Of a DNA stretch of 64,000 nt, positions 1-10,426 are shown one piece after another; within the stretch, counting starts at the first letter, position 1, and each line of letters begins with the position of its first letter. Source of the stretch: Chloroherpetonaceae bacterium (GTDB lineage: Bacteria; Bacteroidota; Chlorobiia; Chlorobiales; Thermochlorobacteraceae). Below the pieces are notes generated by a model that was not told the origin of the DNA, searched no databases, and saw nothing but the letters and a program-made list of their open reading frames with translations. Made by a program: the position numbers and the translations under genes. The DNA lies in NCBI GenBank assembly GCA_046292465.1, contig JBKBRB010000005.1, positions 22,536 through 86,535 on the forward strand. Direction: 5' to 3'.

Positions 1-894
1 GCAAAGCGATTAGACCGCATTGCCAAGAATGTGATTTTTGGCGTCTCACTTATTTCCATTTCCATCATCTTGCTCATTCTCATTTTCACGTTCAAGGAAG
101 CGAAAGATGTTTTTTTCGATGCGCATGTTCGCCAAGAAGTTCTGCCAACGCTGATTAGCACGAATTGGCAACCGGTTTCCGATTCGCCCAAATACGGCAT
201 CATTCCGCTTCTGATTGGCACCATTAAAACCACGCTGATTGCGATGGTGATTGCCGTTCCGATTGGCGTATTATCCGCGCTCTATTCGGTGATGTTTGCG
301 CCGAAGTGGACGAAAGAAATCTTGAAGCCTGCGGTTGAGTTAGTGGCGGGGCTTCCGTCGGTCGTGATTGGATTTTTCGCGTTAGTGGTGCTTTCAGGGT
401 GGCTTCAATCTTTGACGGGCTCGCCGTTTCGGCTAAATGCGTTGGTGGGCGGCGTTGCTATATCGCTTACAGCAATTCCGATTATTTTCACGATAGCCGA
501 AGAAGCACTTTCTGCCGTGCCGCAATCGATGAAAGAAGCCAGCTACGCGCTTGGCGCAACGGAATGGGAAACGGCGTTTTATGTGGTGCTTCCTGCTGCC
601 TATCCGGGCATTTTTGCAGGGGTGTTGCTGGGGCTGGGTCGCGCTTTCGGCGAAACGCTGATTGTTTTGATGGCAACGGGCAACGCTGCAATTAGCTCAT
701 GGAGTTTGTTTGATTCAACGCGTACGCTCACCGCAACTATCGGCGCGGAAATGGCAGAAGTCGTTTTCGGAGACCCGCACTACAATGTGCTTTTCCTCAT
801 CGGCACATTTCTCTTTCTCTTCTCAATGGCGCTAAACTTGACTGCGGAGTTTTATGTGAAGGCGAAACTGCTCAAAAAATTTCGTGGCGAATAG
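1..894 (+). CDS. pstC: Phosphate ABC transporter permease PstC (5' end runs off the window)
   Basis: Frame 1 is open from base 1. Motifs YGIIPLLIGT, ELVAGLPSVVIG, GRAFGETLIVLMATGN and RTLTATIGAEMAE are typical of PstC. Confidence 0.85.
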   Translation, partial: AKRLDRIAKNVIFGVSLISISIILLILIFTFKEAKDVFFDAHVRQEVLPTLISTNWQPVSDSPKYGIIPLLIGTIKTTLIAMVIAVPIGVLSALYSVMFAPKWTKEILKPAVELVAGLPSVVIGFFALVVLSGWLQSLTGSPFRLNALVGGVAISLTAIPIIFTIAEEALSAVPQSMKEASYALGATEWETAFYVVLPAAYPGIFAGVLLGLGRAFGETLIVLMATGNAAISSWSLFDSTRTLTATIGAEMAEVVFGDPHYNVLFLIGTFLFLFSMALNLTAEFYVKAKLLKKFRGE

Positions 895-942
895 CACTCG
901 CGCAATTTGCGTTCAGACGAATTGCATTCAAGCAGCAGCCTC

Positions 943-1536
943 TCAAAAGTTGCCACGACCAAACCACCAAACGAGTTCCAAAAACGTGGCGGAAAATCCT
1001 AATGTGCCGCCTGCGATGGTTTGCATCGGTGTATGGGCTTTCAAGTGAACACGCGCCCACGCCAGCGGCGGCATCAAGAGCAACAACCACAGCGATTGCA
1101 ATCCGAAAACATACGTCATTGCAGCAATTGGTCCACCCAATGACGTAACATGCACGCTGATTTTCCATACCAGCGTGATAAAAAAAATGAACACTGTGTT
1201 TATGGCGTAACACAGCATAAATCCCACGATAATCGGCGGTGCCTTTAAGAGATAGAGAAACAGCGCACCAATAAAGTAGCCAACCACGCCAATTAAAAAT
1301 GGGAGAATGCGATTTTCGCGTCTTGAAATATCGTAATCACTTACCTTGCCCATCTTTTTGAGAATAATAACGACAAGTGCAGGCACAATTGAGCAGAAAA
1401 GCACAACAACCAGCAAGTGCAGGTAGATATCCGGCACTGGTTCGCTGAATCCAAACTGCATTAAAATCCAAAATGTTACAATCGGGAGAACAATTGGGTG
1501 AATGATGTTAGAGATAAGATGTGCGAGTGTCGTCAT
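943..1536 (-). CDS. PAP2-superfamily integral membrane protein
   Basis: Multi-TM protein. KISVH and WARVHLKAHTPMQ resemble PAP2 motifs C2 and C3; C1 is not evident. Start chosen at ATG 1536. Confidence 0.6.
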   Translation of the reverse strand: MTTLAHLISNIIHPIVLPIVTFWILMQFGFSEPVPDIYLHLLVVVLFCSIVPALVVIILKKMGKVSDYDISRRENRILPFLIGVVGYFIGALFLYLLKAPPIIVGFMLCYAINTVFIFFITLVWKISVHVTSLGGPIAAMTYVFGLQSLWLLLLMPPLAWARVHLKAHTPMQTIAGGTLGFSATFLELVWWFGRGNF

Positions 1537-1592
1537 TGAATAGTTCCGATAATGAACGCCGATGATGAGCAATCTCAAAGGCGTGCAGCAGT

Positions 1593-2318
1593 TCAGCCGT
1601 CAAAAAAAGTTTGCGTGCGATGTTGCGTTTGCCATTCTGATTCCGCCGAGCGTTTCTTTCCAACGATAAGGTTAATGACGAACTGCCCTTCTTCTTCACG
1701 AAGCCCTGTAATGCCGACAATGTTCATAATGCCATGCCGAATCAGCGCAGACGCAATCGTTTTTTGTTCTAAAATTTTTTCGATGTTGATGCTAAGCCCG
1801 ATTGGGCGCACCACCTTGCCGCACAAGTAGAACCCTTGCTCCAAACTCATGCACGGCACGCTTTGCGCCAGCGAAGCCAGCAGTCGCCGCTCGCCAAAAC
1901 GGCTATTAAAATACGCTTGAACAAATTGATAATAAAATAACTGCCACAAAGATTCCGATGCAATGCGCAACTTTCCCGCCCGCTCCACAACAGCGACTGA
2001 TTGATTTTTTACAACCGTCAGTTCCGCAATGTGAAGTGGCAAGCGGCACGAGAGCCAATCGCCAAAGATGCCCTTGAATGAAAAATGCAGTTCGGACAAG
2101 TTCGGGAGAAATCTGACCGAAAGGTTTCGCACAGGCGCATCAGGACGCTCAGCCGAACGAAGCGCAAGATTAACGGCTTTTTCCGTCAAGACAAGTTCCG
2201 TCTCAAAGTAGGGCGATTGATGCTCCCTCCGATGCTCTTGAACCGTGCGCGCAATTTGTGCAATCCCGGATACAATTCCGGCGACATTGCGAAAAAATCC
2301 TCCTAATCCCATCATCAA
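1593..2318 (-). CDS. Hypothetical protein (241 aa)
   Basis: Long ORF with a good RBS (gaaaggag) upstream of ATG. No family recognised. Confidence 0.65.
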   Translation of the reverse strand: MMMGLGGFFRNVAGIVSGIAQIARTVQEHRREHQSPYFETELVLTEKAVNLALRSAERPDAPVRNLSVRFLPNLSELHFSFKGIFGDWLSCRLPLHIAELTVVKNQSVAVVERAGKLRIASESLWQLFYYQFVQAYFNSRFGERRLLASLAQSVPCMSLEQGFYLCGKVVRPIGLSINIEKILEQKTIASALIRHGIMNIVGITGLREEEGQFVINLIVGKKRSAESEWQTQHRTQTFFDG

Positions 2319-2634
2319 TACTCCTTTCTCGCATGGCTTTTCACGCCTTGTAGGCTTTGTTCAAGTCGGTCTTACTCAAACATAAGCGTCCCGCTTTACA
2401 ATCTAAACGACAACCAACCACGTCAATAGTCGTTTCAGCCGAATCGTGCTTGCAACCTCATTTCCTGCGCTTTGTGCTCAATCATTCTAATCCTTGCCCT
2501 GACAATTTTTATGCTAATCTGCTCATACTTGAATTTTTTTTTCACTGTTTGCAACTTCTCAAAGGCAAATCGCGTTTCTGAGTCTGATTAGTAGTATCAA
2601 TTCTTGTTATCAACAACTAAATTCTATCTCAAAA

Positions 2635-3201
2635 ATGCTAACCATTGGAGACAAATTTCCGGAACTTGAACTCGATGCGGTTGTTTCAACCGAGAAGAAC
2701 AAAGAGTTCGCTAAAATTTCAACCGCTGAACATCGCAAGCAAGGCAAATGGGCGGTTTTCTTCTTTTGGCCCAAAGATTTCACCTTCGTTTGCCCAACCG
2801 AAATCAAGGGCTTCAACGACAAATTTGCGGATTTCCGTGATAACGACGCTCTGCTTTATGGCGCAAGCACCGACACTGCCTTCGTCCACCTTGCTTGGCG
2901 CAAAGACAATGAAAATCTCAAAGATTTGAAATTCCCAATGCTCGCTGACCATGGCAAGCACCTGACACGCGCACTCGGCATTTTAACGGGTGAAGAAGAA
3001 GTTGCACTTCGTGCCACCTTCATCGTCGACCCGCAAGGCACAATCCAATGGGTGTGCGTTAATAACCTCGATGTCGGTCGTAACATTGACGAAACGGTGC
3101 GCGTGCTTGAAGCCCTTCAAACTGGCGAACTTTGCCCGTGCAACTGGAAAGAAGGCGACGCCACGCTTAAAGTTGCAGGCGGTTCGCTCGTCGAAGCCTA
3201 A
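2635..3201 (+). CDS. ahpC: Peroxiredoxin AhpC
   Basis: FFWPKDFTFVCPTE peroxidatic motif and ELCPCNW resolving motif; followed by ahpD. Confidence 0.93.
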   Translation: MLTIGDKFPELELDAVVSTEKNKEFAKISTAEHRKQGKWAVFFFWPKDFTFVCPTEIKGFNDKFADFRDNDALLYGASTDTAFVHLAWRKDNENLKDLKFPMLADHGKHLTRALGILTGEEEVALRATFIVDPQGTIQWVCVNNLDVGRNIDETVRVLEALQTGELCPCNWKEGDATLKVAGGSLVEA

Positions 3202-3225
3202 GCGCAATTTTCATGTTAAGACTCC

Positions 3226-3251
3226 AAAAGGCGGGCAACAATCCGCCTTTT
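3226..3251 (+). terminator. Intercistronic stem-loop between ahpC and ahpD
   Basis: aaaaggcgg-N8-ccgcctttt perfect inverted repeat. Confidence 0.55.
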
Positions 3252-3312
3252 GTGTTCAGTCAAATCTGTTCCGTTAAACACCAACGATTACTTAACGACC
3301 GATATTTAACTC

Positions 3313-3912
3313 ATGGAAGACACAAGAAAAGATTTGCTCGCCGACTTGGGTATTTCCGCCAATACCCATTTTGTGGGATTAGATGCCTTTGTGAAAGGCG
3401 ATTACAAGTATATTCGCGACTTGCGAGTCAATTTGAAATCAACGCTCGATAGCCCAAGTTTGGGCGGCAGAAAAAATGCGTATTTGATTGCGCTTGCCGT
3501 CGCCGCCAATGAACGCAACAACGCTTTGATTTCGGCTTTCACAGAACTTGCCAAAAAAGAAGGCGCAAGCGAGGCAGAAATCGGCGAAGTCCACGCCATT
3601 GCTTCGCTCCTTGCTACGAACAATGTCTTTTACCGTTTCCGCCATTTCAGCGAGAACAAAGCCTACGAGCAAATGCCTGCTGGCATTAAGATGACCATCA
3701 TGATGCGCCCTGTGTTGCCGAAGATGTTTTTTGAATTGGTTTCGCTGGTCGTTAGCGCGGTGAATGGGTGCGAAGTGTGCGTTAATAGCCATGAAAAATC
3801 TGTGCGTCATGAGGGTGGTTCAGAGCAATTGATTTTCGATGCCATTCGCTTAGGTGCAGTTGTGAGAGGACTATCGATTTCAATGAATGAATATCACTCT
3901 GTCGCCGTTTGA
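3313..3912 (+). CDS. ahpD: Alkyl hydroperoxide reductase AhpD (CMD family)
   Basis: VSAVNGCEVCVNSH (CxxC-H) motif; adjacent to ahpC. Confidence 0.88.
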   Translation: MEDTRKDLLADLGISANTHFVGLDAFVKGDYKYIRDLRVNLKSTLDSPSLGGRKNAYLIALAVAANERNNALISAFTELAKKEGASEAEIGEVHAIASLLATNNVFYRFRHFSENKAYEQMPAGIKMTIMMRPVLPKMFFELVSLVVSAVNGCEVCVNSHEKSVRHEGGSEQLIFDAIRLGAVVRGLSISMNEYHSVAV

Positions 3913-3945
3913 ACTTTGATTTCATTTTCGTGTGACTAACAAAAC

Positions 3946-3972
3946 GAAAGCCCGATTTCTTCGGGCTTTTTC
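3946..3972. terminator. Bidirectional rho-independent terminator
   Basis: aaagcccga-tttct-tcgggcttt with A and T tracts, between convergent genes. Confidence 0.8.
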
Positions 3973-3997
3973 TTTTAGTCTTGCTTATGTTTTTCGT

Positions 3998-4336
3998 TCA
4001 GTTGAACGAAGCAACGGCTTGATCGATGTCGTCAAAGGTTTTGAAGAGTTGGTTGAGTTTCGTAATGGCAAGCAGACTTTTGATGCGTTCTGCGGGGTTT
4101 GCAAGTGCAAGCGTTCCGCCTGCGCTCTTTACTGTCGAGAGCATGGATGTCATCATTCCCAGCCCTGATGAGTTCATATACTCGACCTTGACAAGGTCAA
4201 TGACGATATTTTTTTTGCCTTGATTGAGCAGGTCGCGCAGTTTGCTGTGAAGTTCGTTAGCGTCCGGTCCGCCAAGCACATCGCCATTGAGTTCAATCAC
4301 GGTTACGGAGCCAAGTTGTTTTTCGCCGAAGGTCAT
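3998..4336 (-). CDS. STAS-domain anti-sigma factor antagonist
   Basis: IVIDLVKVEYMNSSGLG motif with the phosphorylatable Ser; about 112 aa. Confidence 0.88.
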   Translation of the reverse strand: MTFGEKQLGSVTVIELNGDVLGGPDANELHSKLRDLLNQGKKNIVIDLVKVEYMNSSGLGMMTSMLSTVKSAGGTLALANPAERIKSLLAITKLNQLFKTFDDIDQAVASFN

Positions 4337-4380
4337 AATCAAGTTGTTTGACGAATAGTTTTGATACTGTGGCTCTAAAT

Positions 4381-5304
4381 TTAGCCTCTCAACTTGAACT
4401 TTCCGCCTGTTTTCTGTTGCCAGTCGAGCACAATTGGCGCGGCGATGAAAATAGACGAGTAAGTTCCGATTAAAATTCCTGCGGCAATTGCAAAGGCAAA
4501 TCCGCGAATTGTTGGACCGCCAAAAATGAAGAGCACAATAACCGTCAAAAGCGTTGTGCCTGACGTGATAATCGTGCGGCTCAAAGTTTCATTTAAACTG
4601 TCATTGAAAACTTTTTCGTAGGAGTCGCTTTTTCGGATTTTCAGATTTTCACGAATACGGTCATAGACCACAACAGTATCGGTAATAGAGTAACCGACAA
4701 TCGTCAAGAATGCGGCAATGATGCTTTGGTCGATTTCCAGCGTCATTGAGTCGAAAATGCCACCTAAAATGCTGAACAAGCCTGCCACGATTAAGACATC
4801 GTGGAAAATGGCAACCACACCCGCCGTTGCAAATTTGAACTCGAAGCGGATTCCGACATAGAGCAAAATCATCACCAATGCGCCGAGCAACGCGCTCACA
4901 GCAGACCATTTCAAATCGCCCGCAATACTCGGACCGACAGCATCGACTTTGATTACTTCGCTTGGATTGTTTGGAAAATCGCGCCTTAACACGCGTTCAA
5001 TCGTGTTTTGAAGGTCGTTGAGCTCTCCGCTGAAATCTGTCGTGATGATGACTTCTTGCGCCGAGCCATATTCTTTGATTTGTCCTTTCAAACCTTCGCC
5101 GTTCAGACTTTTGCGCACTTCACCAATGTTGATGGCGTCTTGAAACTTCACCACGATTTCCGTTCCGCCTTTGAAATCAATTCCAAGTTGAAAGCCTCGC
5201 ACCATCATCGACACCAATCCAATGCCAATCATAACCGCCGAAATGATGTAGCCTGTTTTGCGTGAGCCGATGAAATTAAAATTTGCCTTTTCTAAAAATC
5301 TCAT
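4381..5304 (-). CDS. secF: Protein translocase subunit SecF
   Basis: GIDFKGG, GYSITDTVVVYDRIRE and TLSRTIITS motifs. Start set at ATG 5304, downstream of the secD stop. Confidence 0.95.
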   Translation of the reverse strand: MRFLEKANFNFIGSRKTGYIISAVMIGIGLVSMMVRGFQLGIDFKGGTEIVVKFQDAINIGEVRKSLNGEGLKGQIKEYGSAQEVIITTDFSGELNDLQNTIERVLRRDFPNNPSEVIKVDAVGPSIAGDLKWSAVSALLGALVMILLYVGIRFEFKFATAGVVAIFHDVLIVAGLFSILGGIFDSMTLEIDQSIIAAFLTIVGYSITDTVVVYDRIRENLKIRKSDSYEKVFNDSLNETLSRTIITSGTTLLTVIVLFIFGGPTIRGFAFAIAAGILIGTYSSIFIAAPIVLDWQQKTGGKFKLRG

Positions 5305-5365
5305 TTGACTTGAAAAGTAAGTATTATGGTTGGATTTTACTGTTCCGCAAACTTGTTGGATGGCA

Positions 5366-7252
5366 TTAGCCGAAACTTGTTTCGGTAACGCTGTTGCGCT
5401 CAATCATCCAATCGAGCACGACTTTGGTCACCACAATTGCCGTAAAGAGACTTGCGGCAATGCCAATCATCAGCGTAACGGCGAAACCACGAATTGGTCC
5501 AATACCAAAAGTATAAAGCAGGGCTGCTGCGCCGAAGGTGGTTACGTGCGAATCTAAAATCGCCGAGAAGGCTTTATCGTAGCCAATTTCGATGGCAAGT
5601 TTCAAATTTTTCCCGCGCGACGATTCTTCTCTGACACGCTCAAAAATGAGCACGTTCGCGTCGACCGCCATACCGATGGTGAGCACAAGCCCTGCAATGC
5701 CCGGCAGTGTGAGCGTTGCGCTGAACCCAGCAAGGAAGGCAATCACGAATAAGATGTTGAAGACGAGCGCAAGGTCTGCAAGAATGCCTGATGTTCGGTA
5801 ATAGACGAGCATAAAAATTGCTACCACCACAAAGCCGAACGTGATAGAAAACAGCCCCGCACGAATGGAATCTGCGCCAAGCGATGCGCCAACCGTTCGC
5901 TCTTCTGAAATTTGAACTGGTGCTGGAAGCGCACCTGCTTTCAAGACGATTTCCAAATCTTTGGCTTCTTCAATGCTTCCAATTCCGTTAATGACTGAAC
6001 TGCCGTTTGGAATTTTAGACTGCACCACTGGCGCAGAGTAGACCGCTCCATCTAAGACGATAGCAATCTGCTTTCCAATGTTTGCCCCTGTGGTTCGCGC
6101 CCAAATTTTTGTGCCTTCATCGTTCATTTTCATGTTCACTTCGGGCAATGATTGGTCGACGCTGAATGTCGCGTTGGCTTCAGTAATCACGCTTCCGGTC
6201 AGTTCGGCTTCTTTTTTGAGCGCATAGAGCCGGTAAAATTTCAAGCCGTCGTTTTCGCTTACAGGGCGTGCATCGAGGGCAAATTCCAAATCAGAGGGAA
6301 TACGCGACTTCACATCGGGGCGATTGAGCAATCCCATGACGGTTGATTTACCTGCATCGGTTACAAAAAAGCCTGCACGTGGGTCGATGATGATTTTATC
6401 CGTTGTTTCTTCATCAACAGCAAAAAGCGGATTGACGAGGCGACGCTGTTCTTTGGTTTTGAGTGAATCGGGAATGGCGCGAATCGAGTCCAATTGCGCA
6501 CGCGCAAGCATTGCGGCTGAATCGACCACGCTGGTGTCGCCTGATGGCATGACAGGATAACGCGCTAAATACTCATTGACATCTTGCAAGACTTTGAAGG
6601 CAAGTTCGGCGTCGCGCACGAGTTTGAATTCGAGTTTGGCAGTGCCTTTGAGCAACTTGCGCACGCGCTCTTTGTCGGAAACGCCGGGAAGTTCAACAAT
6701 GATACGCCGTCCGCCTTGCGTAACGATTGTAGGCTCGGTAACGCCGTATTGGTCAACACGGTTTCGGATAATTTCTTTGGCGCGGTCAACTGCATCGACG
6801 GCTTCTTTGGAGAGTTTTTCTACGATTTCTTCATCGCTGTCGCGAATGTCGTAGTAATAGCGCGAGAGACGGATTTGTCTCTTTTGAAATTCTTCCGCCA
6901 ACAGTTTCGGGATTTCTGTGCTCTCTTTCTTGGCGCGTTCTCTGACGACCATCATGATGCTGTCGAACTGCACATCACGATTGCGCGCGCGATTTTCCAA
7001 CAGTTCAAGCACATCAACTTCCAAAACCACGTGCATTCCGCCTTGCAAATCAAGCCCTAACTTCAAGCGTTTTTCCTGCGCTTTTTCTATTGATTTGCGA
7101 TTTTCGCGCACATAGGCAAGGCTATCTTCAGGCGATGAGAAGGATTTGAGTTTGGACGTGTGGCTTGCGTCTTGGAAGGTCGGCAGTAAAAACCACACAG
7201 AAAGAAGCGTGAGAAGAACAATTAAAACCAGTTGAAAGCGATTCTTTTGCAT
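5366..7252 (-). CDS. secD: Protein translocase subunit SecD
   Basis: [21 protein letters not shown] and GFAVTL motifs. Confidence 0.96.
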   Translation of the reverse strand: MQKNRFQLVLIVLLTLLSVWFLLPTFQDASHTSKLKSFSSPEDSLAYVRENRKSIEKAQEKRLKLGLDLQGGMHVVLEVDVLELLENRARNRDVQFDSIMMVVRERAKKESTEIPKLLAEEFQKRQIRLSRYYYDIRDSDEEIVEKLSKEAVDAVDRAKEIIRNRVDQYGVTEPTIVTQGGRRIIVELPGVSDKERVRKLLKGTAKLEFKLVRDAELAFKVLQDVNEYLARYPVMPSGDTSVVDSAAMLARAQLDSIRAIPDSLKTKEQRRLVNPLFAVDEETTDKIIIDPRAGFFVTDAGKSTVMGLLNRPDVKSRIPSDLEFALDARPVSENDGLKFYRLYALKKEAELTGSVITEANATFSVDQSLPEVNMKMNDEGTKIWARTTGANIGKQIAIVLDGAVYSAPVVQSKIPNGSSVINGIGSIEEAKDLEIVLKAGALPAPVQISEERTVGASLGADSIRAGLFSITFGFVVVAIFMLVYYRTSGILADLALVFNILFVIAFLAGFSATLTLPGIAGLVLTIGMAVDANVLIFERVREESSRGKNLKLAIEIGYDKAFSAILDSHVTTFGAAALLYTFGIGPIRGFAVTLMIGIAASLFTAIVVTKVVLDWMIERNSVTETSFG

Positions 7253-7339
7253 TGATAGTTTTCGGAGAAGACCTACTTCTCGCTGTAATTATGTGAAGTT
7301 TAGTTGCTGTTGCAAAAATACTATTGCAAAAAAGGGTTG

Positions 7340-7371
7340 CAAATATAAGAAAGCGTGTTTGCAAAGTCAAA
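7340..7371 (-). promoter_or_regulatory. Bacteroidota-type -33/-7 promoter candidate for secD
   Basis: Minus strand reads TTTG-N20-TATATTTG, matching TTTG-N19-21-TAnnTTTG. Confidence 0.45.
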
Positions 7372-7413
7372 GCTCGCTATTTATAAGTTTTCGTTTCATT
7401 CATTTTGATTGCC

Positions 7414-8151
7414 ATGACAACCGTTCTCATTACGCGCCCAAAAGCCGATGCTGTAGCGTTTGCCACCGCCCTTGCGCAGTATGGATTTAGTGCTGAATAT
7501 TTTCCAACGATTGAAATTGTGCCGTTGAGCGGATGGGCGTTGCCGAACCTTGAAGGCTACGATGGATTGATTTTCACAAGTGCCAACGCCGTGCGCGGCT
7601 TTTTATCGGAATTTCTTTCGCGCGCACCGAAACAGTTTGCTCGTCTGCGTGCCATGAACCACTACGCCGTCGGCATCAAGACAAATCAAGCCTTGCAAGA
7701 ATACGGCATAGATTCCACGCTTTACTCCGACAAAGGCAATGCGGCAGATTTAGCCGACCTTTTAAGGCAGATAGGCATTCGTGGCAAGCGGTTTCTCTTT
7801 CTTCGGGGCACACGCTCGCTCGGCACAATTGCCGAGTTCATCACTACGCACGGGGGCACTTGCGATGAACTCACCGTGTATGAAACGCGCACCCTTTCCT
7901 CCGAAGCATTGCACGAACTTTCCCTTTTGCTTTCTCGCGTCGATATAACTTGGGTAACATTTTTCAGTCCTTCCGCCGCACAAGCATTTTTTAACTTACT
8001 ACCCAAAGATTCTGCTCCTTTGCGCCAAAAGATTGCCGTCATTGGGAGCACAACGAAAGAAGCCGTCCTATCGCTCGGCTTTTCGGTTCACGCCATGCCT
8101 GATGTTCCGACTGCCGAAGCATTAGCAAAAGTGATTGCCTCGGTTACTTGA
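7414..8151 (+). CDS. hemD: Uroporphyrinogen-III synthase
   Basis: VLITRP, IFTSANAV, YET, FFSPSA and IGSTT motifs. Confidence 0.9.
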   Translation: MTTVLITRPKADAVAFATALAQYGFSAEYFPTIEIVPLSGWALPNLEGYDGLIFTSANAVRGFLSEFLSRAPKQFARLRAMNHYAVGIKTNQALQEYGIDSTLYSDKGNAADLADLLRQIGIRGKRFLFLRGTRSLGTIAEFITTHGGTCDELTVYETRTLSSEALHELSLLLSRVDITWVTFFSPSAAQAFFNLLPKDSAPLRQKIAVIGSTTKEAVLSLGFSVHAMPDVPTAEALAKVIASVT

Positions 8152-10426
8152 CCGTAAACCTTTCTTTCAAAGGCGCTCTTGAATCGCCGCCCACGTAGAT
8201 TTCGAATTCCCCTGCTTCCACAACAGGCTTAAAGTTTTTATCGAGCATCGCCAATTCTTGCTTGCCAATCTTGAACGTGATGGTTTTGGCTTCACCTGCT
8301 TTGAGCTCCACTTTTTGAAAGCCTTTGAGTTCTCTGACAGGGCGCGTAAATGTTCCAACAACATCTCTCACGTATAGTTGAACCGTCTCGACGCCATCGC
8401 GCTTACCTGTATTTTTCACGGTTACAGTAGCAGTCAGCACTTCGTTTTTGTTGATTTCTTTTTTGGAGAGTTTCAAGTCGCTGTATTCAAAGGTCGTGTA
8501 AGAAAGTCCGTAGCCGAAGGGATAGAGCGGCGAATCGGGCAGGTCGACGTAGCGAGATTTGTATCGGTCAATTTCGTTTTCCGGTTGCGATGGTCTGCCA
8601 GTGTTCTTGTGATTGTAATAAATCGGAATTTGCCCCACGCTTCGCGGGAAAGAAACCGTTAGTTTTCCGGTTGGATTCACATCGCCAAAGAGCACATCGC
8701 AGATGGCGTTTCCGGCTTCGACGCCGAGATGCCACGCACAAACAATCGCAGGAAGATTTTCAGCCGCCCACGAAATTTCAAGCGGTCGACCGTTCGTCAT
8801 GACCATCACGATTGGCTTTCCGAGTTTGCGAAGTTCTTTGAGCAGTTCTTCTTGTCCGATTGGCAGTCCGATGTTGGCGCGGCTATGGGCTTCGGCGGTA
8901 ATGTCGGCAGTTTCGCCAACAACAGCAATTATCACATCGGCACGTTTGGCAATCGCAAGGGCTTCGTTTCGGAGTGCGGTCAGTTCGGCTTCGGTTGGGT
9001 CTTTGGCGTCGCCTTTTCGTTTCTTCCAAGCAGGCGCAGGCAGTTCGTAACCTTTGGCATATAGCACTGTCGCCGTCTTCAAGGTTGCTTGAATTGCCTC
9101 AAGCGGTGAGACAACATCATCAGGCATGCCTACCATTTCCCATTCGCCGAGCATATCGCGTTTTGACTGCGCTAATGCCCCCACAACTGCAACCGTTTTC
9201 AGCGACTTTGAGAGGGGCAAAAGTTCGTTTTCGTTTTTGAGTAGCACGATAGATTTTGCGGCGGCTTCACGCGCGAGCGCACGATGTTCGGCTTTGAGCA
9301 TGGTTTCTTTTTCGCGCGCCTCGTCAATGTATCGGAACGGGTCATCAAATAAGCCCAACTTGAACTTCACGCGCAGAATGTTTCGCACGGCTTGGTTAAG
9401 CATCTCTTCGCTGACCTTTTTTTCCTGAACAAGTTTAGCGAGATGTTTTGGATACGATTCGCCTTCCATGTCCATATCCACGCCTGCGGCGATGGCTTTT
9501 TGAGCCGCTTCTTCGTAATCCTTTGCCGCACCGTGTGCGACGACTTCATCAATCGATTCCCAATCGCTCACGACAAAGCCGTTGAACTTCCACTCTTTGC
9601 GCAAGATGTCGGTCAAGAGGTATTTGTTGATGGAAGAAGGAACGCCCGCGATTTCGTTGAACGAGGTCATCACGGTTTGCACGCCTGCTTCAATGGCGGC
9701 TTTGAATGGCGGAAGATAGACTTCGCGCAAAGTGCGTTCTGAAATGTCAGCGGTGTTGTAATCTCTGCCCCCTTCGGCGGCACCGTAAGCGGCAAAGTGC
9801 TTGGCGCACGCAGCGATGGTGTTGTTTGCGCTTAAATCTTCGCCTTGAAATCCACGCACACGTGCGGCGGCAAAGAGCGAACCGAGATACGGGTCTTCGC
9901 CCGCGCCTTCAATGATTCTGCCCCAACGCGCGTCGCGTGCAATGTCGACCATCGGCGCAAAAGTCCAGTTGATTCCTGCCGCTGATGCTTCAATCGCCGC
10001 AACACGAGCAGATTTATAGGCGATTGCCGTATCCCAACTGCACGACTCCGCAAGCGGAATGGGAAATGTGGTTCGATATCCGTGAATCACATCGAAGCCG
10101 AAGATGAGCGGAATTTTCAGCCGCGATTGCATCGCCGCTTCTTGCAACTTGCGCGCAACCGACGCTTCCGAGACCATCAAGAACGAGCCAACTCCCGCTT
10201 TTGCTTTCGCCAAGTGTTCATCGTTTATATTCGTTTTCTTCGTCTTGAAATCAAACCACGCTGCCACTTGCGAGACTTGCATCACTTTTTCGTCTAAGGT
10301 CATCAACGCTAAAACTGAATCCACACGGCGCGCGATTTCCGTTTCGGCATTTTTTTGTTTTGGAGATGAACATGCAACGCTCATTGTGGTTGCAAAAGCA
10401 AGTATGAAGGCAACAGTAAATTTCAT
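8144..10426 (-). CDS. GH3 beta-glucosidase-like lipoprotein (BglX type)
   Basis: DIARDARWGR, KHFAAYG, nucleophile motif VVSDW and C-terminal Fn3-like domain. Lipobox-like signal MSVAC. Confidence 0.93.
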   Translation of the reverse strand: MKFTVAFILAFATTMSVACSSPKQKNAETEIARRVDSVLALMTLDEKVMQVSQVAAWFDFKTKKTNINDEHLAKAKAGVGSFLMVSEASVARKLQEAAMQSRLKIPLIFGFDVIHGYRTTFPIPLAESCSWDTAIAYKSARVAAIEASAAGINWTFAPMVDIARDARWGRIIEGAGEDPYLGSLFAAARVRGFQGEDLSANNTIAACAKHFAAYGAAEGGRDYNTADISERTLREVYLPPFKAAIEAGVQTVMTSFNEIAGVPSSINKYLLTDILRKEWKFNGFVVSDWESIDEVVAHGAAKDYEEAAQKAIAAGVDMDMEGESYPKHLAKLVQEKKVSEEMLNQAVRNILRVKFKLGLFDDPFRYIDEAREKETMLKAEHRALAREAAAKSIVLLKNENELLPLSKSLKTVAVVGALAQSKRDMLGEWEMVGMPDDVVSPLEAIQATLKTATVLYAKGYELPAPAWKKRKGDAKDPTEAELTALRNEALAIAKRADVIIAVVGETADITAEAHSRANIGLPIGQEELLKELRKLGKPIVMVMTNGRPLEISWAAENLPAIVCAWHLGVEAGNAICDVLFGDVNPTGKLTVSFPRSVGQIPIYYNHKNTGRPSQPENEIDRYKSRYVDLPDSPLYPFGYGLSYTTFEYSDLKLSKKEINKNEVLTATVTVKNTGKRDGVETVQLYVRDVVGTFTRPVRELKGFQKVELKAGEAKTITFKIGKQELAMLDKNFKPVVEAGEFEIYVGGDSRAPLKERFTVK

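Noticed and set aside
2581-2634. Possible OxyR/PerR site upstream of ahpC
   Set aside because: AT-rich, but no convincing ATAG-N7-CTAT periodicity or Fur/Per palindrome.
5305-5403. ORF-track extension of secF
   Set aside because: It overlaps the secD end; ATG 5304 fits SecF better.
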